Source: a virus
Virus record (IMG/VR): IMGVR_UViG_3300020216_000014
Span: 1 to 17,519 of that record
Length of the DNA: 17,519 nt
Direction: 5' to 3' (one strand)
The notes beneath the pieces are model-generated. The model saw only the letters and a program-made list of their open reading frames with translations, had not been told where the DNA came from and did not search any database. Shown one piece after another: positions 7,087 through 15,475 of this stretch. Position numbers and translations under genes: made by a program. Numbering within the stretch: the stretch's first letter is position 1; the number at the start of each line of letters is the position of its first letter.

Positions 7087-8097
7087 ATGTATGAACCGGG
7101 GTTAAAAGTAGATCTAAAAGAAGATTTACAACAAAAAGTGATCGGGCATAGAAATAACTTTGTCCATATCATGACTTCCCGGTATTATGAGTTGCTTCCC
7201 CAACTGATAGACTACCGCAATAAAGAACATATTGCGGTAGATTTTTTAAAGTTAGAAGTTGGACTACGTAACGGCTATGAAATGGTGATCGGGGAAGCAA
7301 CCAACGGGAAAATTGTTTTAATGGGCTATGTGACAAATCCTAATACGATCACAAATGCAAAAACGATATTTCAGCAAACAAGACAGTTACAAAAACAAGA
7401 TATCAAATTTATTATACCTGATTTTTTAATACCAGCTAAAATGCGTGAAATCACCTATTTAGACGATTGCAAAACCGGAAATTTTGTGGTTATGCGAAAT
7501 AAGGTTCTCAATTATACGAACGATTATCAAATCATTGATCACTTTGTCGAAGAAATGGCAGAAATCACAACTTCTCGTTTTTCGATTATTATGCAACTAA
7601 AAATCATGACGTTTTTTATTTCAGAAAATGGCGATGAAAGCGTGAATGAAATTGTTTCAGCTTTGTATAATGGAAGTCCTTTTGCCAAAGTCGATAAATT
7701 TTTTGACCCTGAAGAGCAAATGCTGGAGTATCACAATGATAACGGGGCAAACAATTTAGTGGAGCTAAAACGTGAGTACCAAAATAAAATTAGTGAGTTA
7801 AACAATTTGATCGGTATACAATCCATAGGTGTTGAAAAAGAAAGCGGGGTTTCGGATACTGAAGCCCAAGCCAATAAAGGGGTTACGTTTTCAAATGCGA
7901 ATGTCTATTTGAGTGCTAGGCAAAAAAGTTTGGATACCTTAAATAAACGTTTTGGGTTAGAAATTGAAGCCGTTTATAATGATGAAGTATCTAGCGAACT
8001 TTCACAAAAACCTGATGAAGGAGGTACGCAAGGCAATGAGAAAAACAGCAACGATAATGGATCTGATCAGCAGCGAACTCCAGAAGCAGGGAAATAG
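7087..8097 (+). CDS. Head-tail connector (portal / upper collar), phi29 gp10-like
   Basis: Several segments align by eye with my recollection of phi29 gp10. Examples are FLKLEVGLRNGYEMVIGE, GNFVVMRNK...IDHFVEEMAEITTS and LKREYQNKISELNNLIGIQSIGVEKESGVSDTE...RFGLEIEAVY. The 336-aa size also fits. Confidence 0.88.
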   Translation: MYEPGLKVDLKEDLQQKVIGHRNNFVHIMTSRYYELLPQLIDYRNKEHIAVDFLKLEVGLRNGYEMVIGEATNGKIVLMGYVTNPNTITNAKTIFQQTRQLQKQDIKFIIPDFLIPAKMREITYLDDCKTGNFVVMRNKVLNYTNDYQIIDHFVEEMAEITTSRFSIIMQLKIMTFFISENGDESVNEIVSALYNGSPFAKVDKFFDPEEQMLEYHNDNGANNLVELKREYQNKISELNNLIGIQSIGVEKESGVSDTEAQANKGVTFSNANVYLSARQKSLDTLNKRFGLEIEAVYNDEVSSELSQKPDEGGTQGNEKNSNDNGSDQQRTPEAGK

Positions 8098-8722
8098 TGA
8101 ATTTGTAAAAGATGGGCATTTAGTATTTTTTGATGAAGATGAACAATTTATCCAAAAAATCATGAAATATGATGAAGATGTGGAAAAGATTGTAACAGAT
8201 AAATTTTTCAAAGGTTTTAATTTTCAAAATGAAAAAACGGATCATGATTTTAAAAAAACCTTTGTTAATCAATTTTTAGATCGTGAAATTATGTTTCAAA
8301 CGGTTGAAAAATTTGCGAGTCAATTGATACGATTGACCTTGCAATATGAAAAATATATTGAAAATGTTTATGAAAAATATCAAGAGTTATTAACCCAAGA
8401 AAGTTTGCATGAAGATCAACAAGATACTGAAAGCAATACAACCCAAGATTCGACAAATACCACAGATAATAGAAATTTAAGGTCGACTTTACCCCAAGAC
8501 GAAATCAATATGAATATTGAAAATACGGAAATGAGTTATGCAGATGAAAACAGTATAGACAAGCAACAGCAAAAAGGAAACGAAACCGGTAATCAAACCG
8601 GAAAAGAACAAGGAAATTCAAAAGATAATAACTATAATGTAGAAACATTAAAGAGCTTGCAAAATATTTTCAAAGATATCTTTGAAATTTATGATCGTTA
8701 TTGTTTCTTGCATGTATGGTAG
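8036..8722 (+). CDS. Lower collar protein (by synteny), 228 aa
   Basis: The ORF is open from 7964. The in-frame ATG at 8036 has a strong SD, GAAGGAGGT (8017-8025, 10-nt spacing). The position after the connector gene matches phi29 gp11, and the C-terminal half is Q/N/T/D-rich and low in complexity. Confidence 0.55.
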   Translation: MRKTATIMDLISSELQKQGNSEFVKDGHLVFFDEDEQFIQKIMKYDEDVEKIVTDKFFKGFNFQNEKTDHDFKKTFVNQFLDREIMFQTVEKFASQLIRLTLQYEKYIENVYEKYQELLTQESLHEDQQDTESNTTQDSTNTTDNRNLRSTLPQDEINMNIENTEMSYADENSIDKQQQKGNETGNQTGKEQGNSKDNNYNVETLKSLQNIFKDIFEIYDRYCFLHVW

Positions 8723-8735
8723 GAGGTAAAATTTA

Positions 8736-10937
8736 ATGTCAGATAAGAGAAAAGATTATAAAGAACGTGACGAGGGTTTTCTAGGATACCCTTTACAAAA
8801 TGAATCAGGTAAACGGCAATTTTATGACCCGTGGTATAATGATAAGACGGATTATAATACAAATGCCCCATCTTATTATGATTATTTAGCCCGTATGCAT
8901 AAATTGATCCATTTATTAGCTGATAGAATTTGGGAGTACGACAAAGAACTAGCCAAGCGATTTGAAGAGTGGGATAAATTGATCGAAAAATTTCCGGAAA
9001 ATGTTGAAAAACTTTTGATTGAGTGGATGGAAGACGGAACACTTGACGAAATTATAAATGAAAATATATTTAATAATTTAAACAATAAAATTGACGCAAT
9101 GCGTTTTGCTGTGGATAAAAATATCCAAGATATTAAAGATCATGAAGCAAGAATGCAAACACATGAAGCAAGAACGCAAACATTAGAAAAAAGAGAAAGT
9201 AAAACACTAAAATTATTGTATCAAAAAAGAGCGATGAGTTTTAATTTAGGAAGTCGAGATAATGAATTATTTCAAGGCGCGCATAGAGCAAACCAAGGCA
9301 TAACTTATATTGAACATGAAGGACACGAATACGTGTTTGTATTACATCGTGATTCAGGTTCAACGTGGGACGAAGACGAAAAGCAACGAATTACGCAGTT
9401 TGAATATAATAATGATGGATTGCTAGCAGACACAATAGCTATATCAAATGTCATTCGTGTAGGTCACCAAGGCATTAGCGCTTTGATTGAAAATAATGAA
9501 ATCTATTTAATTTGTGGATCTTATAACCAAAAAGGATATACAAAAGTCAAGTGGCAAGGAAATGAAACGGATCAAAAAGACGTAAAACATTATGAACTTT
9601 TAGAACCTGATTCGGATAGCTCCCCAAATAGTATTTTTTATCACAATACGCCTGCTACGGATAAACAAGGAAAATATGTTGTTATGTCAGGTTCCGCAAG
9701 GTATGAGGGAGGGTTAAGATATGTTTTAATTTACAATAGAAAAGAAGTTGAAAATGCCTTAACAACAAAACATGTGAAACCTTTAAATATATTTAAAATT
9801 AAACCCATTGGATATACTAACTCCAATATTGTACAAGATATAACGATGGACGAAAGTCATATTTATATTTTACACGGTGCGGCAGGGAAACGGAAACCTA
9901 TTATTTTACAAACGTATAGTTTAAGTGGCGAATTTTTAGGCTATCACACAATCGATACCATGTATAATGCCTATTCTCAAAGGGATATTGTTTCAGGTGA
10001 CGTCAGCATTGAACCTGAGGGATTATCTTTGCGAGGCGATCATGTTTTAGTAGAAATTGTTAATGTAGAAAAAAGAGACAACGGCGACATTTCTACCAAA
10101 GTTTTATATGAATGTAGTGCTGAACCTATGCCAGATAGTGAACCAATCAATAGCGGTGTAAGTCCAAAAGAACCTGCATCAAACATTCATTTGCAAGGAA
10201 ATCCTAACGATATTTCTTTTGATAAAGGTAACGCCCTGCAATTTTCTGGATATGATTTTGAAACGGAAGAATTTTTAAATGCGTTAAGTTATAACGCCAG
10301 TCATACATTTTCTATTTATGATAGTAGAGATGGTGCGGATAATGAACAACGGTTGCTATTAGGTGGATACTATAGAGATGACGAACAATATGCAATTATT
10401 CGTGGTGATCGTTCAAATGATAAAGGGGCAGGATTTAATTTATCCACAAATAAAGGCGAACAATACGGAACAATCACATTTATAGCCCCTAACGATTCGG
10501 GAAGCGAAGATAAACGTGCCTACTTTTCAGGGGGTACAGGAAACTTTAGACCCGGGGAAGATAACAAGCAAAGCTTAGGCGGAGGCGGTCATAAATGGAA
10601 AAATGTTTATTCTACGAATGGCATTCAGTCAACATCAGATCGACGTTTGAAAAAAGATGTTGAAAACAGTGATCTAGGGCTTGATTTTATTAATAATTTG
10701 CGCGCGGTAAAATATAAAAATATCGATGGTAAAAGAAACCACTACGGGATTATTGCCCAAGAGTTAAAAGAATTATTAGATCAATTAGATATTGATTTTG
10801 GAGGTTTTCAAGATCATAATCTTGATGAAAAAGAACCTTTAGACACTTATACGATTGGTTATGGTGAACTGATTGCTCCTTTAATTCAAGCGGTGCAAGA
10901 ATTATCTAAACAAGTGGAAGAATTAAAGAAAGGTTGA
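8736..10937 (+). CDS. Tail spike / pre-neck appendage (receptor-binding) protein with C-terminal auto-cleaving chaperone domain
   Basis: 733-aa ORF with SD TAGGAGGT. The N-terminal SYYDYLARMHKLIHLL...WEYDKEL region resembles the virion-attachment N-domains of Firmicutes phage fibres (BppU-like, from memory). A heptad-like HEARMQT/HEARTQT segment follows, then a large beta-rich central region and an S74-type C-terminus. Confidence 0.8.
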   Translation: MSDKRKDYKERDEGFLGYPLQNESGKRQFYDPWYNDKTDYNTNAPSYYDYLARMHKLIHLLADRIWEYDKELAKRFEEWDKLIEKFPENVEKLLIEWMEDGTLDEIINENIFNNLNNKIDAMRFAVDKNIQDIKDHEARMQTHEARTQTLEKRESKTLKLLYQKRAMSFNLGSRDNELFQGAHRANQGITYIEHEGHEYVFVLHRDSGSTWDEDEKQRITQFEYNNDGLLADTIAISNVIRVGHQGISALIENNEIYLICGSYNQKGYTKVKWQGNETDQKDVKHYELLEPDSDSSPNSIFYHNTPATDKQGKYVVMSGSARYEGGLRYVLIYNRKEVENALTTKHVKPLNIFKIKPIGYTNSNIVQDITMDESHIYILHGAAGKRKPIILQTYSLSGEFLGYHTIDTMYNAYSQRDIVSGDVSIEPEGLSLRGDHVLVEIVNVEKRDNGDISTKVLYECSAEPMPDSEPINSGVSPKEPASNIHLQGNPNDISFDKGNALQFSGYDFETEEFLNALSYNASHTFSIYDSRDGADNEQRLLLGGYYRDDEQYAIIRGDRSNDKGAGFNLSTNKGEQYGTITFIAPNDSGSEDKRAYFSGGTGNFRPGEDNKQSLGGGGHKWKNVYSTNGIQSTSDRRLKKDVENSDLGLDFINNLRAVKYKNIDGKRNHYGIIAQELKELLDQLDIDFGGFQDHNLDEKEPLDTYTIGYGELIAPLIQAVQELSKQVEELKKG
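10635..10934 (+). other. Intramolecular chaperone auto-processing domain (Peptidase S74-like) within the tail spike CDS
   Basis: The S-D-R-R-L-K-K-D signature starts at codon 634. It is followed by ...HYGIIAQELKELL... and ...GYGELIAPLIQAVQELSKQVEELKK, the pattern known from endosialidase-type tail spike chaperone domains. Confidence 0.8.
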
Positions 10938-10941
10938 TATC

Positions 10942-11910
10942 ATGGCAAAACGATTTACAAGAAATATACGTTCGGTTGAAAATATCGAAAAACAGCCCAA
11001 ATACACAAATGAACAAAACGATTTACTATCAGATGATAAAGAAGTTTATATTCGTAACCAAGGAAAATATGAAAAAATCACAGGTAACGTTGAAAAAGTC
11101 AACAACAAAGAACCTGACGATAGCGGAAACGTTGAAATTGATACGGGTGTTATGGAAGTCAATGACCAAACCCCGGACGATAGCGGAAACGTTGAAATTG
11201 ATACGGGTGCAATGACGGTTAATGATGAAAAACCGGACGAAAACGGGAATGTAACAATTGATACTGGTACAATGACGGTCAATGAAGAAAAACCGGACGA
11301 TAAAGGAAACGTTGAAATTGATACCGGCGTGCATAAAGTCAATCAAGAAACCGCAGACGATAGCGGAAACGTAGAAATTGATACCGGGGTTATGCAAGTT
11401 AACGGAAAAGAACCCGATGAAGAGGGTCATATATTAATTGAAGCGTCTGACATACCAGATAACCAAAATTTAGCTAGAAAAGAATATGTAAAAAAAGAAA
11501 TAAGTAAAAGTTTATCAAAATTTGAAAATGAATATTTAGTTATGACCGATACTTTCGAAAATGCCTTTCCTGATAGAAAAAAAACTAGACTGCAATATGT
11601 ATTGCAGGGGAACATGATGCAAATCTTTGGATTAATCAGAACAAAAAAAGAACTAACAGGAAAAGATACCCACGTTGTTGCAAAAATCCCTGATAAATTT
11701 AATCCTATTATTGAGGGGTATAATTATGGGACTATGGGGTCAAGATATCATTTTAAGACCTATATTAATGAAAAAAATGATCCTAAATACCCTAATGAAA
11801 TAACCATTCGAAGCATTACAGATGTAGATAATCAATATGTAGATCTTTCAGCAGATGAACAAGGGGTTTTTCATATCAGTTTGACTATTGGGGTTGAGGT
11901 AAATGAGTAG
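10942..11910 (+). CDS. Fibre protein with tandem 20-aa repeats and a globular C-terminal domain
   Basis: 322-aa ORF. Residues 56-170 hold about 5.75 copies of x-x-P-D-[DE]-x-G-N-V-x-I-D-T-G-x-M-x-V-N-x. The stop overlaps the next gene's start (11903). Confidence 0.75.
   Translation: MAKRFTRNIRSVENIEKQPKYTNEQNDLLSDDKEVYIRNQGKYEKITGNVEKVNNKEPDDSGNVEIDTGVMEVNDQTPDDSGNVEIDTGAMTVNDEKPDENGNVTIDTGTMTVNEEKPDDKGNVEIDTGVHKVNQETADDSGNVEIDTGVMQVNGKEPDEEGHILIEASDIPDNQNLARKEYVKKEISKSLSKFENEYLVMTDTFENAFPDRKKTRLQYVLQGNMMQIFGLIRTKKELTGKDTHVVAKIPDKFNPIIEGYNYGTMGSRYHFKTYINEKNDPKYPNEITIRSITDVDNQYVDLSADEQGVFHISLTIGVEVNE
11107..11451 (+). repeat. 60-bp in-frame tandem repeat array (5 full units and a 45-bp partial unit)
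   Basis: Units are at 11107, 11167, 11227, 11287 and 11347, with a partial unit at 11407-11451. Units 1 and 2 share an identical 34-nt core, GACGATAGCGGAAACGTTGAAATTGATACGGGTG. A degenerate half-unit (GNVEKVNN) lies just upstream. Confidence 0.9.
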
Positions 11911-13651
11911 AAATTTAACAAAATTTCAATTTTTTAAAAATGTACCTTTGAATGATTTTCAAAATACCATTCATTTCAAATCAAATTCGGAACGTGACGA
12001 CTATTTTTTAAACGGTCGTCACTTTCCGAGCATTACATTTGATAAAGAATTTAATTGGGTACGTGATAAAAGCGAAGTGCAACTTCCTACGTCTTATGAA
12101 TCGATGGACGGGGTAAACTATTGCACCTTTTTAGACGGGTTTTCAAATCAACGGTTTTATGCTTTCGTGTTGGAAAAAGAATACATCAATGATCATGTAA
12201 CAAAAATGTACTTATTAATTGATGTATTAATGACTTACACACAAGGTGACGTTATCAAACAAAATGCCAAAAAAGTATTTATCAATCGAATGCATTACAA
12301 CAAAGTAGATTATAAGAAAAATCTTCATTATTTACGAAATAATGATGACGTTTTAAAAACAACAACAAAAAAATATATCAAATCGAATAGTAAGATCTTT
12401 AAAGATTTTTGGGTTTTAATGTTAGCTAGCGTGAATTTGCAAAAGGACTTCGGCGATGAGGACGACCCTAAAATGTCTACTTCTAGCGGAACAGTTTATG
12501 ATAATATCCCAAGTCCATTGAATATTTATATTGTGAGTTTAGATGACTTCCCAAAATTTATGCGATCCTTGTCTAACTATCCATGGATTGCGCAAAACAT
12601 TAATAAAAATTTTGTATTGCCAAAAGATATTGTATCTGATCGGTATTTTAATAAAGTCAATACCAAAGGCGACAACCCGCCTACGGTTTACCAAATTACC
12701 GGCAAAGGAAAATCTTTTGACGTCACAATCGATAGCATGGAACTTGATTTTTATAAACTTTGCAACATCTTCGGTTTAGATCCAGATACTGAGGGGCATT
12801 TATTAAGAAACGAGTATACCACCACTGAATTATATTCCTATGATGGGCAAAGAATTCTAATAGATAACGGGTTAATCAATCGTGATACCTCCGTTAAAAA
12901 TAAACTCCATGTCATGACTAACGCCGGTTATCATAACGAATTTGCTTTCTATTACACCAATTACATGCGCCAAACGAACGAAAGTCATGATACCGGCGTA
13001 AAAGACGGGGGGATGTTTTTAAATAATGCTATTGTTTGGAACACTTTTAATGAAATCCCTATGCTCATAGATAACTATCAACTAGGACTGGCACAAAACG
13101 CCCACCAAAGAGAACTAGCCGAGGACAAGCTATTATCTAGCCGGATTGAGGGGGTAAAAGATGAAGACGCCGACCCTAGAAGTCGCTTGATGGACGGTAT
13201 TTCTCTACTATCTAATGCCAGCCCCGTGAACTTTATGGGAAAGATTACTGATGAATATGAGTTTTACAGAACACAAAAAGCACAATTTAAAGACTTAGCC
13301 ATATCTTCACCAACCATTACCGCCCAATCAGACGCCAATTCATTTCAAATCGCGAATGATTTTTACGGGATAACAAAAAAACATGCGTTTTTAGACCCAC
13401 AGGAAAAACAACGTGTCAAACGTTATTATAATGCCTTTGGTTTTCAAGTCGAAGACTTTGGACAACCTGAAATTGAAACCATGACCGTATGCAATTTTGT
13501 TCAGTTTTCAGGAAATTGGGTGCTACCGAATATTGACCCTAATCTAATGAGTATCTTAAAATCCCAACTTGAAAACGGGGTGCGATTCTGGCATAATGAT
13601 GGGAGTAAAGACCCCTTGAAGCAAAACTTACTCACAAACAAATGGAGGTAA
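11903..13651 (+). CDS. Tail knob / distal tube protein, phi29 gp9-like
   Basis: 582 aa. The N-terminus (VPLNDFQNTIHFKSNSERDDYF...RFYAFVLEKEYINDHVTKMYLLIDVLMTY) and C-terminus (...YYNAFGFQV...CNFVQFSG...LKSQLENGVRFWHNDG) parallel phi29 gp9 segments from memory (WFYAFVTELEF...FEIDVLQTW; FFHKYGYKI...NYVQTKD...IFDNGITLWHTDN). Confidence 0.85.
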   Translation: MSRNLTKFQFFKNVPLNDFQNTIHFKSNSERDDYFLNGRHFPSITFDKEFNWVRDKSEVQLPTSYESMDGVNYCTFLDGFSNQRFYAFVLEKEYINDHVTKMYLLIDVLMTYTQGDVIKQNAKKVFINRMHYNKVDYKKNLHYLRNNDDVLKTTTKKYIKSNSKIFKDFWVLMLASVNLQKDFGDEDDPKMSTSSGTVYDNIPSPLNIYIVSLDDFPKFMRSLSNYPWIAQNINKNFVLPKDIVSDRYFNKVNTKGDNPPTVYQITGKGKSFDVTIDSMELDFYKLCNIFGLDPDTEGHLLRNEYTTTELYSYDGQRILIDNGLINRDTSVKNKLHVMTNAGYHNEFAFYYTNYMRQTNESHDTGVKDGGMFLNNAIVWNTFNEIPMLIDNYQLGLAQNAHQRELAEDKLLSSRIEGVKDEDADPRSRLMDGISLLSNASPVNFMGKITDEYEFYRTQKAQFKDLAISSPTITAQSDANSFQIANDFYGITKKHAFLDPQEKQRVKRYYNAFGFQVEDFGQPEIETMTVCNFVQFSGNWVLPNIDPNLMSILKSQLENGVRFWHNDGSKDPLKQNLLTNKWR

Positions 13652-13654
13652 ACC

Positions 13655-15460
13655 ATGGCAACAATTAAAGAATTTGCAAAGAAAAAAATTAATAATGATT
13701 TTGATCTAAGTGTTGATGATGTTGCCAAGCGATGTTACGATACCGGAAGATTTCAAGCCTACGGGTTAAGTAACGCGCAAGTAAAAAAAGTACTCAATGC
13801 GGTAAAAGATAATGGGATTAGTCCCGCGTTTTTTGCCGCCTATGAAGCTAGTGAGGGATATAACCCATCTTGGGGGTGGCTAAACCACACCACACCCCAA
13901 GGGAATTATTTAGAAGACGCCAAAAGTGTCAGCCGTTGGTTAAAAAAACAATCAAACGACATGAGCGGAAAACCCGCATGGATTGACTACGCCAACTATA
14001 AAGATTTTGTACCAGCCAGTGTCAAACAAAAAGGCAACAAAGATTTTAAAAACATGCCAAAAGGAACTATTGGAAGAGCTTACATTCCCGGTACAGCAGC
14101 CGCCACATGGGAAGTTTACTATCCCAAAGGACTAAAAGCTTCCTATAACGGGGTACAAAATTACGGCGCGCCTTTAAATGACGCCATGAAAACAATTGAA
14201 TATTGGGGTGGTAATATCGACAGCTCCGGGGGTGGTGATTCTGGTGGTAGTGATTCTGGAGGTGGTGATTCTGGGGGTAGTGATTCTGGAGGTGGTGATT
14301 CTGGGGGTGAAAGCACCACAATCACGGTCAAACCCGATCTATCTTCTGTCAATGATTTTTTTAAGAAATTCATTGATGATCTAATAAAAAAAATCAATAA
14401 AGAACTAAAAAAAGATATGAATCTAAAAGGGTTATCCAAAAATTTATATTCAAGTAAATATCTCATTATACAAAAACAATTAGATAACACCTACAAACCT
14501 AAACCCGGAAAAGCCTTTACGGATATGCTCAATAAAGCCAAAAAAGACGGTTCAAAAGAATTAAAAAATCTTGTCAGCAAGTTAGAAAAAGATAACACCA
14601 CAATCACGGTCAAACCCGATCTATCTTCTGTCAATGATTTTTTTAAGAAATTCATTGATGATCTAATAAAAAAAATCAATAAAGAACTAAAAAAAGATAT
14701 GAATCTAAAAGGGTTATCCAAAAATTTATATTCAAGTAAATATCTCATTATACAAAAACAATTAGATAACACCTACAAACCTAAACCCGGAAAAGCCTTT
14801 ACGGATATGCTCAATAAAGCCAAAAAAGACGGTTCAAAAGAATTAAAAAATCTTGTCAGCAAGTTAGAAAAAGATAACACCTACACCAAAGAAACCGGAG
14901 GTAGTGATTCCGGAGGCGGTGATTCCGGTGGAGGTGATTCCGGTGGCGGTGATTCCGGTGGCGGTGATTCCGGTAAAGGTTGGTATTTCCCTTACAAAAC
15001 TGACGTTTTAACGGTTACCAGTCCGCAAGGATATCGTTGGGGTCGTTATCACCACGGGGCTGATGTGGTCGCTGGTTCAGGCGGTGGAATTTATGCCATG
15101 CATTCTGGTACCGTGAAAATATCCGCCGAAAGTGTTCCCGGTTGGGAAGTAGCCGGTGCTATGATATGCATACAAAATGACAAAGACGACGGATACGGCG
15201 GGTTGTTCGTGCAATACGAGGAATTTGCACCCAATTCACGACTGGTTAACGTCGGGGATAAAGTCAAAGGCGGTCAAAGAATCGCTACATCAGGCATTAG
15301 CGGAAACAGTACAGGCGAACACTTGCATTTTTCCACCAATAAAAAAGGCAAATTAGTACCCGCCCGTCCCGGAAATTGGGAAACCGCATTAGACTGTATC
15401 AATTTACCCAATAAAGCAGGGAAATATAAACTGCCTTCAGGAATTAAAAAACCCGGATAA
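13655..15460 (+). CDS. Tail-associated peptidoglycan hydrolase, phi29 gp13-like (lysozyme-like N-domain and M23 endopeptidase C-domain) with an inserted duplicated module
   Basis: M23 motifs are HHGAD (15050-15064) and HLH (15320-15328). The N-domain (about 190 aa) contains YEASEGYNPSWGW, which is lysozyme-like by analogy. Two Gly/Ser/Asp linkers bracket two identical 94-aa Lys-rich modules. Confidence 0.85.
   Translation: MATIKEFAKKKINNDFDLSVDDVAKRCYDTGRFQAYGLSNAQVKKVLNAVKDNGISPAFFAAYEASEGYNPSWGWLNHTTPQGNYLEDAKSVSRWLKKQSNDMSGKPAWIDYANYKDFVPASVKQKGNKDFKNMPKGTIGRAYIPGTAAATWEVYYPKGLKASYNGVQNYGAPLNDAMKTIEYWGGNIDSSGGGDSGGSDSGGGDSGGSDSGGGDSGGESTTITVKPDLSSVNDFFKKFIDDLIKKINKELKKDMNLKGLSKNLYSSKYLIIQKQLDNTYKPKPGKAFTDMLNKAKKDGSKELKNLVSKLEKDNTTITVKPDLSSVNDFFKKFIDDLIKKINKELKKDMNLKGLSKNLYSSKYLIIQKQLDNTYKPKPGKAFTDMLNKAKKDGSKELKNLVSKLEKDNTYTKETGGSDSGGGDSGGGDSGGGDSGGGDSGKGWYFPYKTDVLTVTSPQGYRWGRYHHGADVVAGSGGGIYAMHSGTVKISAESVPGWEVAGAMICIQNDKDDGYGGLFVQYEEFAPNSRLVNVGDKVKGGQRIATSGISGNSTGEHLHFSTNKKGKLVPARPGNWETALDCINLPNKAGKYKLPSGIKKPG
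14228..14308 (+). repeat. Gly/Ser/Asp linker microsatellite 1 (30-nt unit, about 2.6 copies)
   Basis: GGTGGTGATTCTGGNGGTAGTGATTCTGGA is repeated from 14231 and encodes GGDSGGSDSG. Ser is coded TCT throughout. Confidence 0.9.
14314..14881 (+). repeat. Perfect 282-bp tandem duplication (2 copies plus a 4-nt CACC microhomology)
   Basis: 14314-14595 and 14596-14877 are identical in my block-by-block comparison. CACC at 14878-14881 repeats the unit start. The duplication is in frame and gives two identical 94-aa modules, TTITVKPDLSSVNDFFKKF...LVSKLEKDN. Confidence 0.92.
14897..14974 (+). repeat. Gly/Ser/Asp linker microsatellite 2 (15-nt unit, 5 copies)
   Basis: GGNGGNGGTGATTCC is repeated five times and encodes GG[SG]DS. 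Ser is coded TCC, unlike linker 1, so the two linkers are not recent copies of each other. Confidence 0.9.
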
Positions 15461-15475
15461 GGAGGTATACAAAAA

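Noticed and set aside
11029-11430. Antisense ORFs 11029..11430 and 11046..11342 have internally repetitive translations.
   Set aside because: They are mirror artefacts of the 60-bp coding repeats of the fibre gene. Repetition keeps the antisense frames open by chance.
14067-14772. ORFs 14067..14321(-), 14161..14490(-), 14196..14384(+) and 14491..14772(-) include two near-identical antisense ORFs.
   Set aside because: They are produced by the Gly/Ser/Asp microsatellite and the 282-bp duplication inside the tail lysin gene. The duplicated antisense ORFs simply reflect the duplicated sense sequence.
11107-14881. The tandem direct repeats (60-bp array at 11107-11451 and the 282-bp units at 14314-14881) could be a CRISPR-like array.
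   Set aside because: The units are directly adjacent with no unique spacers. They are in frame within long ORFs and encode sensible protein repeats, and there is no leader or cas context.
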